Shown here in pieces: positions 19,603 through 29,639 of a DNA stretch of 64,000 nt; positions within the stretch are counted from its first letter, which is position 1; each line of letters begins with the position of its first letter. The stretch lies in the NCBI GenBank assembly GCA_943841495.1, contig CALSYL010000001.1, forward strand, positions 126,645 through 190,644. The letters are read 5' to 3'. Source of the stretch: an uncultured bacterium. GTDB taxonomy: Bacteria > Fidelibacterota > Marinisomatia > Marinisomatales > Marinisomataceae. The translations under genes were made by a program, and so were the position numbers. The notes beneath the pieces were generated by a model. That model ran no database searches and had not been told where the DNA came from. It saw only the letters and a list, made by a program, of their open reading frames with translations.

Positions 19603-20009
19603 AAAAGATTTAATTTTTTCTTTTCTTTACAAAAAACACCTTTAGTAGCATTTGGAACTTCCATTAATCTTTCCTTCGAAATAAGAGGACAATCTGGACT
19701 TTCACATTTTTCTGGAGATTTTTGAGAAATTTCACAAATACCGTAAGTACCATCTTTTATTCGTTGAAGAGCTTTCTTTAAATTGATCAAGTAGTCTGAC
19801 TCTCTAGACATCAAGAGAAAATTCTTTTCTACTTCATGAGCTTCTGTGCCTTCGTTAAAATCTTCTGACCTGTCTTCCAAAAAGACTGAATTAGTAGGTC
19901 TAGTAGAAGACCTTACTCCCTCAATGCTTTTATTAACTTCATCAATTTTATCTAAAATATTTTGTTCAAATTTTTTTAATTCTGTTTTGGTATATGCTGT
20001 TTTAGCCAC
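19599..20009 (-). CDS. DksA/TraR-family protein with atypical Cys finger (GTG start)
   Basis: ALQRIKDGTYGIC...ISKERLMEVP motif; ileS-dksA-lspA synteny. Confidence 0.85.
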   Translation of the reverse strand: MAKTAYTKTELKKFEQNILDKIDEVNKSIEGVRSSTRPTNSVFLEDRSEDFNEGTEAHEVEKNFLLMSRESDYLINLKKALQRIKDGTYGICEISQKSPEKCESPDCPLISKERLMEVPNATKGVFCKEKKKLNLL

Positions 20010-20010
20010 C

Positions 20011-23000
20011 TTATCCTCTTTCTACTTTCTTGATATAAATCTCAATTTTTTCATTTTCATACATGAAAGAAGAATTATAGTCAGAATTTTCCATATTTTC
20101 CACTATATCTGTACATAAAACTTCATTCATGAAATAATCTTTATTTTTATCAATCACATCTTTCAGCTCATTTTTAAATGAAGCTGAAATAGTAATTCTA
20201 TCATCTATATTAAAATCTGCTTCTTTTCTCATTAATTGAATGTGCCTAATTAAATCTCTTAATACGCCTTCAAGTCTTAGTTGCTCACTTATGGTAGTAT
20301 TCAAACAAACAATCAGATCATTTGCTAAAAAGGATTCACTCCCATTTTTAGCTTTTAACTCAATCAAAACATCATCTTTGTTCAATTCAAAATCATTTTT
20401 CGGAAAAGATTTTCCATGCAAAAGATTTTCTAAAACTATTTTAGCATCTATTTTGCTTATTGACTTCATTGCTTCTTGCATCTCATCGCCAAACTTCATT
20501 TTTAAATTTTTAAAGTTAGGTTTTAAAGATAGAGTACCAAACTCATCAATATTATTTGAGAACAATACTTCTTTAATATTTAATTCATCTAAAATAATCT
20601 CAGTTTGCTCTTCTAAAAAATGATTCTACTTCTTTGTTTGCTGTGTAGACTGTTAGAGAACTTAGAGGCTGTCTAACTTTAACATTAGCTTTCTTTCTAA
20701 CAGCTCTTCCTGATTCAATTACTTTTTTTAAAGAATTAACTTTTTCAATTAATGCATTATCAATTTTACTATCATTGCTTTGAGGGAAAGATGAAAGGTG
20801 TATGCTATTATCATTTTCATTAGCATCATCTTTAGTGATATTTAAATACATTCTTTCAGAGACAAATGGTAAAACAGGAGAAAGAATCTTAATTAAATCT
20901 AAAAGAACCTCATATAATGTTTGGTATGCAACAAATTTATCTGAATCGTTTTCACTCTTCCAAAATCTTCTTCGATTTCTTCTTATATACCAGTTGGATA
21001 AATCATCCAGAAATAATTCAACATTTTTTAATAACTTATCGACTTCAAACTTTTCATAACTTGCTTTAGCATCTGCTGTAAGTTGATGAGATCTAGATAA
21101 AATCCATCTATCCAATAATAATAAATCCTTTTCACTTACATCATGTGAATATGGTTTGAAATTATCAAGATTCGCATAGGTACAGAAAAAGGAATATACG
21201 TTCCAAAGACTAATTAATTTTTTTCTTACTTCATCCGCTTTGTCATATCCAAACAGCAGGTTATTTTCGACATTTTGCTTTGAATACATCCATCGCATCA
21301 CATCAACTCCCATTTTTTCAGCTGCATCGTCAAACCAAATTGCATTTCCAGCAGATTTATGCATTTCTGCCCCAGATTCGTCTTTAACCAAGGCATGCCC
21401 AAGCAAAGTTTTAAAAGGAGATTTTTCTTCTAAAAATGATGACATGGCAAGCAAAGAATAAAACCAGTTTCTAAATTGTCCAGGAAAACATTCAGTAATA
21501 AAATCAGCTGGAAACCATTCTTCCCAATAGCTTTTATCTTCAAAATATTTCATAGTAGAAAAAGGGACAATTCCTGCATCAAGCCAAGGGTTACCTACAT
21601 CCTTAATTCTTGTACCAACCAATCCTGTTTTAGGATGTTTTATTTTAACATAGTCAACCCAAGGTCTATGCGGGGTATTCCCTTCAAATTTTTCCCACCC
21701 TTCAACTGCAAGCTCTTTTAATTCTTCTTTTGAACCAACAACATGAAAACTTCCATCTTCAAATGTCCAAATAGGAAGGGCTAATCCCCAAAATCTTTTC
21801 TTTGAAATCATCCAATCGCCCATATTATCCAGCCAATCATGTTCGCGATCTCTTCCCCAAGCTGGAATCCAGTCAATATCATCCACAACAGCTTTGATTT
21901 TTTTTCTCCAATCCATATTGATATACCATTCATCAACTTGCTTGAAAACTAATTCATCGCCAGATCTCCAACAGTGAGGGTATATATGTGGATAGTCTTC
22001 TACGTAAAGAAGAAGATTTCTTTCTTTTAAATCATCAATAATTTTTTGTGCTGTATCAGGATCGGTTACACTTAAACCTGACATAAAGTCAAATCCTTCA
22101 ATAAAATTTGCTTGATTATCTATAGGTGAAATCTCTACAAACCCTTCTTTTTTACAAATTTTATTATCAATGGCACCGCAACCTCCAGCCATATGAACGA
22201 ATCCAGTACCTTCTCCTTCAACAACCATGTCATTTCCTTCTGAATCCTTACCGCCATCAATAACGATATGACAATCTACAGCAGATTGTTTTTTAAGATT
22301 ACTGGTATCATGAATTGGAAAACCTCCTACGGTATTTTGAGGTTCTAAATGATCAAATGGACCCTTGTAAGTTAATCCAATTAAATCTTGACCCTTTACT
22401 ACTTCTAGGACTTTATATCCACCACGCTCTTTAAAAATTTGATCTAAGGTTTTTAATTTTGGTACTCCTTCAACCCAATTTTTTTTCTCTGAAAATTCTT
22501 TATTAAGTCTTTGATATTTTAAATTCGTTTCAGCAATATAAAAAATAGTACCATCTTCGATTTGAACTTTAGCATAATTGATCTTCTTATTTACTGCTAC
22601 AGCAATATTAGATGACAATGTCCAAGGAGTTGTTGTCCAAATTAAAATATTTTCATTTTTTTTCTCATTGATGGCAAATTTGACAAACACCCCTTTATGA
22701 ACTGTTAGCTTTCGCCCTTCAATGATTTCCATTTGAGAGTAAGATGTTCCTGACCTCCCTGACCATGGCACAACATCTGTTCCTCTATAAATTTTATCGT
22801 CTTCAAATAGTTTTTTTAAAAATGCCCAAATTGCATAATTATTTTCCTCAGACATTGTATAATATGAATTTTCCCAATCCATCCAATATCCAAGTCTAAT
22901 AGATTGATTTTTTTGAATTTCAGAAAATTTTTCTACTCTTTCTTTGCACAGATTTACAAACTTTTCTATACCAAGCTCTTCAACTTCTTTTTTTGACTTA

Positions 23001-23308
23001 ATCCCAAGCTCTTTTTCAACTTCAATTTCAACCCATAATCCTTGGCAATCAAAACCATTTTGATGTCTGAGCTGAAATCCATTCATAGACTTATAGCGCT
23101 GATATAAATCTTTAAGAGTCCTTCCCCATGCATGATGTACTCCCATTGGATTGTTGGCTGTAATAGGGCCATCCAAGAAACTCCATTTAGGACCATTTTG
23201 GTTTTTATCTACTAATTTTTTGAAAGTATTATTTTTGGCCCAATAATCGAGAATTATATGTTCATTTTTAACAAAATCAACTTTTGGATTTTCTTTCTTT
23301 ATGCTCAT
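20011..23308 (-). CDS. ileS: Isoleucine--tRNA ligase type 2, split by a frameshift in an A6/T6 run at 20615-20620
   Basis: DGPITAN, GFDCQGL, WTTTPWTL, DWMISKKRFWG, LSNWYIRRNRRRFW, RQPL; deleting one T restores ...SFLEEQTEIILDELNIKE into ORF 20011-20565. Confidence 0.95.
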
Positions 23309-23319
23309 AATTAACTATG

Positions 23320-23348
23320 AACTTATAAGAAAAGGGGAATTATTGCAA
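23320..23348 (-). promoter_or_regulatory. Putative ileS promoter (TTGCAA-N17-TAAGTT)
   Basis: Exact 17-bp spacer; -10 is 11 nt from the ATG. Confidence 0.55.
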
Positions 23349-23364
23349 TTGTATAGAAATTATT

Positions 23365-23387
23365 ATTAAGCGTATGAATTAAGCGTA
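23365..23387. repeat. 10-bp direct repeat ATTAAGCGTA x2 (13-bp period)
   Basis: Copies at 23365-23374 and 23378-23387 in the degP-ileS intergenic region. Confidence 0.7.
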
Positions 23388-23410
23388 AAAGAACTTATTT
23401 CAAATCTATT

Positions 23411-24811
23411 TTATCTTGTTAATGTAATAAATCTTGATGAAGAGCCACGTTTAACAAGAAATAGTACTTTTGATTCATCATCAAACTTTGACATTTCAGA
23501 AAGAAAGTCTTTTGTGCTATAAATCTTTTTACGTCCAACGCGTGTTATAATATCTCCTTCTTGAAGCCCTGCTTCTTCAGCTGGACTATTATCTTCAACT
23601 CCAGTAACAATTACTCCTTGGATATTTGAAGGATTTTTTTCATTTAATTTATATTTATTAATTAAATCTTCGCTCGGGTTTTCGAGTAATAATCCAAATT
23701 CATAATTAACATTTGTTGTAGTAGCTACTATATCTTCTCTTTCTTCAAGTGTAACAAATATATTTTTCTTTTTATTATCTCGATAGATACCAAGCTTGAC
23801 TCTAGAGCCTGGATCAGTACTTGATACAAGATTTTTAAGTTCAGAACCATTACTGATTTCTTTTCCTTCAAAAGAAACAATTACATCTCCCTCAACTAGA
23901 CCAGATTTTGAAGCTGGACTGTCATCAACGATATCGCTAACAATAGCTCCATTTCTAGTTTGAAGATTAAGTGCTTCATATAAGTCTTCATTAATATCTT
24001 GCATATAAATGCCCAAGAAAGACCTCACTACATAACCTTTATCAATTAAGTCGTTCATTACTTTTTTAACCATTATTGAAGGAATAGCAAAACCAATTCC
24101 AGCATTTGCTCTTCCACCGCCAGATGCAATAGCAGCATTAATTCCTATCAATTGGCCTTTCATATTCAAAAGAGCTCCACCGCTATTGCCGGGATTTATA
24201 GCAGCATCTGTTTGAATAAAATTTTGATAAGTATTTAAATTATTCATTACATCATTTCTTCCAAGCGCACTAACAATACCAGCTGTAACTGTATGACTTA
24301 AAGAAGCAGAAAAAGGACTTCCAATAGCAAGCACCCATTCCCCAACGCGAACCTTTTCGGAGTCTCCCAATTCAACAGCTTTAATATTGCTTGCTTCAAT
24401 CTGAAGTACAGCCAAGTCAGTAGCCTTATCTAAGCCTATTACAGTGGCTTCAAAAATTCTTTTATCTAAAAGTTGTACCTTAATTTCTTCAACAGGTTTT
24501 TGAGCCCTTTCATCAAAGATAACGTGATGATTTGTTACGATATATGCATTTTTTTCATCGACTATTACTCCAGAACCTAAAGATTTACTTTCATATTCAT
24601 CCGGAATATCTCTACCCCAATATCGGTAAAAATTTTGAACATCCTTGTCCATTTGAACAGTATTTGTCGTAGTAATTGTTACAACAGATTCATTTACATC
24701 TTCAGCAATATCTGCAAAAGAATTACTAAATTGTTCGAATAAATTTGATTGATTTGATTGAGCAAAAACGCTTGATACAAATACTACTATAATAATTAAT
24801 TTTTTTATCAT
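23411..24811 (-). CDS. degP: Periplasmic serine protease DegP/DegQ (HtrA) with two PDZ domains
   Basis: Signal peptide, GSGVI, TNHHV, DLAVL, IQTDAAINPGNSGGAL, two PDZ repeats. Confidence 0.92.
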   Translation of the reverse strand: MIKKLIIIVVFVSSVFAQSNQSNLFEQFSNSFADIAEDVNESVVTITTTNTVQMDKDVQNFYRYWGRDIPDEYESKSLGSGVIVDEKNAYIVTNHHVIFDERAQKPVEEIKVQLLDKRIFEATVIGLDKATDLAVLQIEASNIKAVELGDSEKVRVGEWVLAIGSPFSASLSHTVTAGIVSALGRNDVMNNLNTYQNFIQTDAAINPGNSGGALLNMKGQLIGINAAIASGGGRANAGIGFAIPSIMVKKVMNDLIDKGYVVRSFLGIYMQDINEDLYEALNLQTRNGAIVSDIVDDSPASKSGLVEGDVIVSFEGKEISNGSELKNLVSSTDPGSRVKLGIYRDNKKKNIFVTLEEREDIVATTTNVNYEFGLLLENPSEDLINKYKLNEKNPSNIQGVIVTGVEDNSPAEEAGLQEGDIITRVGRKKIYSTKDFLSEMSKFDDESKVLFLVKRGSSSRFITLTR

Positions 24812-24832
24812 ACTTATAAAATGGTTTATTTA

Positions 24833-26650
24833 TTAAAAAGTTCCTGCATTATTTATACCAATTTTTAAAAATTCTTTAAATCTTTCAACATCTCTTGTTA
24901 GACCTGGAAATTCTGCTAAAACCTTATCATTTGGATCAAGAATAACATAATATGGCAATGCAGCGGTTTCAAATCTATTAATTTGATATGCTCTTTTTTC
25001 TAAATAACCTTCACCGGCATCAGTATATAAACTTACAAGTACATATTCTGACATTAAACTTTCTACAGAATCTATACTAAAAATATTGGTCTCCATCCAT
25101 CTACAGTTAGTACAAGTAACTCCGGTAAAATCAATAAATATATTTTTATTTTCTTCTTGAGCTATTTGAAATGCATCTTCTAAGGTATTATTCCATGTGA
25201 GATTTGATTGGTATTTCTTTGGAGGTAAATAAGATTTTATTGTCCCATTGATTTCATAACCGTGATTACCAGCTCCCAAATATGTCGCAAAAAATATAAA
25301 TGCTAATCCTATAACAGTACGATGGACTGAAAAAATTACTGGAGAGTCATTTTTAAATTTTAATAATCCAAAAATGTATAATCCTGATAAAAGCATTATC
25401 AAGGCCCAGGCATATAGCACAACTTCATAGGTAAAAATATTCCAATTCCAAACTAAATCCGTATTACTTATAAACTTAAACGCAGCAGCTAGTTCTAAAA
25501 ATCCCATTATGATTTTTACAGAATTTAACCAACCACCTGACTGAGGAAGTTTTGATAAATAATGTGGGAATAATGCTAGCAGAAAAAACGGAGAAGCAAA
25601 AGCTAAACTAAAAATTAGCATACCAATTATAGGCCAAAACCAGTCCCCCTGCGAAGCTACTACTAAAACTGTTCCCATAAATGCAACTGTGCAGGTAAAT
25701 GAAGTTAATGTAAATGTTAGAGCCATAAACAATATACCAGCATATCCGTCAGAACTTTCTCTTTGAAGAGAAAAGCGTTTTAAAAATTGTGGTATTTCAA
25801 TTTCATAATATCCAAATAATGAGAATGCAAAATAAACAAAAAGAAAAGCTATAAATAAATTTACAATAGGATTTGATGCTAATTGAGTTGCTCCTGATGC
25901 CCCTAAAAGTATTGCTAATAATAAACCTAGAAATGTAAAGGTTAAAACTATACCTAACATATAAACTGATGCATCTTTTATAGGAGAAGTATTCTCATTT
26001 TCAGAACGTTTTAAAAAGAAAGAAATAGTAATTGGTATCATAGGAAAAACACAAGGAGTAAGTAGAGCTGCAAAACCAGCTAATAATGAAGTTATTAAAA
26101 GGTTAAAAAAGTCATTTTCATCAAATCCCAATCTAGCAAAAAGAGAATCCTTAAAATCGTAATTATCAATTGTTAAGTCGTTTCTTATCTCATTATCAAC
26201 AATCTTAAAAGAAGTAGATTTAGTAACCTGATTAGGTGGATAGCATAAACTATTATTACATACTTGGTAATCAATTATAACATCTATATCGTAGGTACCA
26301 TTTGGTAAATTATCATTCAATTTAAGAGGTATGATAAACCGAGGAGATCCTTCATGGTATTTGGTTACATTTCCAAATCCTTCATCAAATTTTTCTGTTG
26401 GTTCTGGCTCAATAACTTTTCCAACTTTATTTATAATATCTGAATTAAGAATAAACTTTGTTGGCGAAGGGCCTTCAGGTACATTATATACAGCATATAT
26501 TCTCCATGAAAAATCAAGCTGAGATTGAACTTCAACTAAAGCTACTTCTCCTTGATTTACATCATCAATTTTGACTGAAAACTCAGCAGGATCATTGAAC
26601 TGTGCAGAGACTATTCCAAAAAATGATAATATTGCTAGAAAATTTTTCAT
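24833..26650 (-). CDS. dsbD: Thiol:disulfide interchange protein DsbD (N-domain, TM domain, thioredoxin)
   Basis: YQVCNNSLCYPP, LTPCVFPMIP, SFTCT, DFTGVTCTNCR. Confidence 0.9.
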   Translation of the reverse strand: MKNFLAILSFFGIVSAQFNDPAEFSVKIDDVNQGEVALVEVQSQLDFSWRIYAVYNVPEGPSPTKFILNSDIINKVGKVIEPEPTEKFDEGFGNVTKYHEGSPRFIIPLKLNDNLPNGTYDIDVIIDYQVCNNSLCYPPNQVTKSTSFKIVDNEIRNDLTIDNYDFKDSLFARLGFDENDFFNLLITSLLAGFAALLTPCVFPMIPITISFFLKRSENENTSPIKDASVYMLGIVLTFTFLGLLLAILLGASGATQLASNPIVNLFIAFLFVYFAFSLFGYYEIEIPQFLKRFSLQRESSDGYAGILFMALTFTLTSFTCTVAFMGTVLVVASQGDWFWPIIGMLIFSLAFASPFFLLALFPHYLSKLPQSGGWLNSVKIIMGFLELAAAFKFISNTDLVWNWNIFTYEVVLYAWALIMLLSGLYIFGLLKFKNDSPVIFSVHRTVIGLAFIFFATYLGAGNHGYEINGTIKSYLPPKKYQSNLTWNNTLEDAFQIAQEENKNIFIDFTGVTCTNCRWMETNIFSIDSVESLMSEYVLVSLYTDAGEGYLEKRAYQINRFETAALPYYVILDPNDKVLAEFPGLTRDVERFKEFLKIGINNAGTF

Positions 26651-26656
26651 ACCGGA

Positions 26657-27592
26657 TTATGAAAATAGCTTTTTCTTTAATTTAGTCCAAAAAGATTCTT
26701 CAATATTTTTTACAGGCTTTTCTAGTTTATTATCTAATTGAAAAATTAAATTTTCAATGGAATGATTTGCAGCTATCTCTCCTAATTCAATAAATTTTTC
26801 TGTCTTATCAAACGCAGACCAATGCAAATTATTATGTTCGGGCTTAATCACAAAATCTGCTTTATTTAATAAAAAATCATTTAAATGAGAAACCGAAATA
26901 TCTCTAGATCTAGTTGTGATTTCAAAAATATTTGATGGATTAGGTTGATTTTCTACTCCTCGAGTAATATTAACTGCAATTATAAAATCACAAATATCAA
27001 TGAGAGGAGTAACAGGAGTTGGTAATGCAACACCTCCATCAACAAGCATCCTATCTTCTATGCGCGTAGGTTCAACAAAACCTGGAATAGATGAACTTTG
27101 AACTACTGCATCAATTAAGTTTCCTGAATTGTAAATGATTGGTTTTCCAGATACTAAATCTGTAGCTGTAACCATTAATGGTATTTTCAAGTCGGCAAAT
27201 TGTTTATTGCCAAAAAGAATTTTTGCTGCCTTAGATAATCTTTCATTTTTTACAATAGATGTTCTATTGGAACTAACTGCTAAAACATATTGATTTTTTA
27301 TTTGTTTAATTATCTGCGAAAAAATTGAATCATCTTTTTCGGAATTTGATATATATCTAAAGCCTAAATCAGAAAAATTTTCACTTTCTACATGTTCAAT
27401 ATATTTTGACTCTACAAGTTTGGCATTATGATGAGCAGCATACATTGCTCCAATCATCGAGCCTGCGCTTGTACCAGCAACAATATCTGGAACGATACCA
27501 TGGGCTTCTAAAATCTTTAAAACGCCAATATGACAAGCTCCTCTAGCTCCTCCTCCACCTAAAGCAAGTCCAATTTTTAAATCTTTATACAT
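26657..27592 (-). CDS. Patatin-like phospholipase (RssA/NTE family)
   Basis: LGGGGARG, GTSAG, DGG catalytic motifs. Confidence 0.9.
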   Translation of the reverse strand: MYKDLKIGLALGGGGARGACHIGVLKILEAHGIVPDIVAGTSAGSMIGAMYAAHHNAKLVESKYIEHVESENFSDLGFRYISNSEKDDSIFSQIIKQIKNQYVLAVSSNRTSIVKNERLSKAAKILFGNKQFADLKIPLMVTATDLVSGKPIIYNSGNLIDAVVQSSSIPGFVEPTRIEDRMLVDGGVALPTPVTPLIDICDFIIAVNITRGVENQPNPSNIFEITTRSRDISVSHLNDFLLNKADFVIKPEHNNLHWSAFDKTEKFIELGEIAANHSIENLIFQLDNKLEKPVKNIEESFWTKLKKKLFS

Positions 27593-28185
27593 TAATCAAG
27601 CTCAATAGCATCAGAAATGATAGTATTGCTTCCAGGTTTAATTGCAGGCACTTTTTTTAAATTTTCAGGGATATTATCTTTGTCAAAAATTTGTGCTTTT
27701 TGAGTGGTAACAGAAAAATAATTATCATGAATGAAAACAGGTTTCAGACTTCTATCGACAATTACACCAACGCCAACAAGATTTCCTCCATATTTAGAAA
27801 TCAATTCAATCACCTCTTTAATAGATCCGCCCGTACTTAAAACATCTTCAATAATAAGAATCTTTTCACCCTTTTTAATATTAAAACCTCTTCTCAATTT
27901 CATAACACCTTCCGAACGTTCAGAAAAAATAGTTTTTTTATCTAATCTTCTTCCAACTTCAGTTCCTAAAACAATTCCTCCGATTGCTGGTGAAATAACC
28001 TTGTCTATATCCAATGAAGAAAAATGCTTTGCCAAAACTTCTCCAAATAAAGATAAATATTTTGGATACTGAAGAACTTTTGCGCATTGAAAATATGTAT
28101 CACTATGCAAACCTGAAGACAAAACAAAATGTCCATACATCAATGCTCTAGTTTCTTCAAATATTTTCAAATAATCTTTATCCAT
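27592..28185 (-). CDS. pyrE: Orotate phosphoribosyltransferase
   Basis: GHFVLSSGLHS, LRRGF, IIEDVLSTGGS PRPP motif; next to pyrF. Confidence 0.94.
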   Translation of the reverse strand: MDKDYLKIFEETRALMYGHFVLSSGLHSDTYFQCAKVLQYPKYLSLFGEVLAKHFSSLDIDKVISPAIGGIVLGTEVGRRLDKKTIFSERSEGVMKLRRGFNIKKGEKILIIEDVLSTGGSIKEVIELISKYGGNLVGVGVIVDRSLKPVFIHDNYFSVTTQKAQIFDKDNIPENLKKVPAIKPGSNTIISDAIELD

Positions 28186-28954
28186 TAATAGCCCTCATTT
28201 GATTTAAATAGTTTTTAGCAGAAGCTCTTACAGAGCTATAATCTTTAGAATCAGCAAAAATAATTCCTCGAGAAATATTAATAAGAGTTGAGTTCATGTG
28301 ATTACTATTAATTTTAATTACACTCTTTAGATCACCTCCTTGAGCGCCAATTCCAGGTATTAAAAAAGGTACATCAGATTTAGACCTAACAGCTTGCAAG
28401 GCTTGGCCGCTGGTTGCTCCAACAACAAGACCTATATTTTTATTAGAGTTTAAATCGTTACATAAAGATATAACTTTTGAATAAATTTCTTCTTGAATGT
28501 AAGAAGATGTTTTATTGGAAGTTCTACAAAGAACATATACCCCTTTAGATGTATCAGTAATAAATGGTTGAATTGATTCCTCGCCCATATACGGACTAAT
28601 TGTAATGGCATCACAATTTAAATGGTTAAAAAAAGCATTTGCATAATGAAGACCAGTATTTCCTATATCGCCTCTCTTGGCATCAGCAATAATAATATGT
28701 TCATTGCCAATCTCCTTAACCAACTGCTCTAACCAATAAAATCCTTTAGATCCCCATTCTTCAAAAAAAGCTAAATTTGGTTTATATGCTGCAGCTAAGT
28801 CTTTAGTGGCATCAACAACCATATAAGAATAGTCCATTAATTCATCGATAGATACATTCTTATTAAAATATTTTTTATCGATATCAATACCTACACATAG
28901 GTTTGAATTTTTTTCTGAAATGTTTGTCTTAAGTTTATCAATGAATGAAATCAC
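28178..28954 (-). CDS. pyrF: Orotidine-5'-phosphate decarboxylase (probable start GTG at 28954 rather than 28984)
   Basis: LCVGID, YKPNLAFF, DAKRGDIGNT, GLVVGAT, LIPGIGAQGG, SRGI. Confidence 0.94.
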   Translation of the reverse strand: MISFIDKLKTNISEKNSNLCVGIDIDKKYFNKNVSIDELMDYSYMVVDATKDLAAAYKPNLAFFEEWGSKGFYWLEQLVKEIGNEHIIIADAKRGDIGNTGLHYANAFFNHLNCDAITISPYMGEESIQPFITDTSKGVYVLCRTSNKTSSYIQEEIYSKVISLCNDLNSNKNIGLVVGATSGQALQAVRSKSDVPFLIPGIGAQGGDLKSVIKINSNHMNSTLINISRGIIFADSKDYSSVRASAKNYLNQMRAING

Positions 28955-28959
28955 GTGAA

Positions 28960-28988
28960 AATTTAAACTATTCTTACTTAGCAAACAA
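28960..28988 (-). promoter_or_regulatory. Putative leaderless pyrF promoter (TTGTTT-N17-TAAATT-N5-GTG)
   Basis: Hexamer spacing read on minus strand. Confidence 0.45.
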
Positions 28989-28993
28989 ATGGC

Positions 28994-29022
28994 TTCATAC
29001 TAGAATTAAAAATTTTTAATAT
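28994..29022 (+). promoter_or_regulatory. Putative leaderless promoter (TTCATA-N17-TAATAT-N6-ATG)
   Basis: No SD; -10 lies 6 nt from ATG 29029. Confidence 0.45.
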
Positions 29023-29028
29023 TGCATT

Positions 29029-29634
29029 ATGGAAACAAGCGCTGGACAATCTAAAACTAAAATTATCGCCTCAACAAATGTTTTTCAAATAGAAAAAATT
29101 GAGAAGATTGGTAAAGCTGACTATCCAAAGCTTATTGAAATATCATTACACCTTGCAAAAGAATACGGTAAACAGGCAGTTTTTACAAAAGCTTCAATTG
29201 AAAAATACTTTAATACTGAAAAATCCCTTCCTTTTATTGCAAGATATCAAAACGAAATTATTGGATACATTATTGGAATTCCGTTAGAAGAACTGAACAT
29301 GGAACCTTGGGCATTAAATGATGAAAACTATGGTAAGCATAACACTTTGTATACTTATGCTTTTGTTATAATGGAAAAATATAAGTCCAATGGATATGCT
29401 AAAATGTTAAAAAGAGTCTATTTAAGCTGGGCACAAAAAAGAGATAGAATAAGATATATTACAGGTCATGTTTTATCTGGAACTGCTGATACCAAAGATA
29501 ATAGCATAAAGATAATATCTTTTGAAGAAAATTGGCAAGGTACTGGTAAATCTTTTGAATATTATAGAAGATCTTTTAATGAAGGTGTTCAGAGTTCTAT
29601 ATTTAGTCCGCCATTTGAAATCATCGTTGAATAA
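29029..29634 (+). CDS. Hypothetical protein with GNAT-like acetyltransferase fold
   Basis: EIIGYIIG strand and VIMEKYKSNGYAKML (motif A-like acetyl-CoA loop). Confidence 0.6.
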   Translation: METSAGQSKTKIIASTNVFQIEKIEKIGKADYPKLIEISLHLAKEYGKQAVFTKASIEKYFNTEKSLPFIARYQNEIIGYIIGIPLEELNMEPWALNDENYGKHNTLYTYAFVIMEKYKSNGYAKMLKRVYLSWAQKRDRIRYITGHVLSGTADTKDNSIKIISFEENWQGTGKSFEYYRRSFNEGVQSSIFSPPFEIIVE

Positions 29635-29639
29635 TATTT

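Noticed and set aside
20600-20625. Programmed frameshift or split IleRS
   Set aside because: One extra base in a T6 homopolymer of an essential gene, with no stimulatory structure; a typical sequencing indel.
24838-24844. GGAACTT (sigmaE-like -35) upstream of degP, with an ECF sigma in the window
   Set aside because: No matching -10 at the expected spacing and no equivalent motif before the ECF gene; it also lies in the dsbD coding end.
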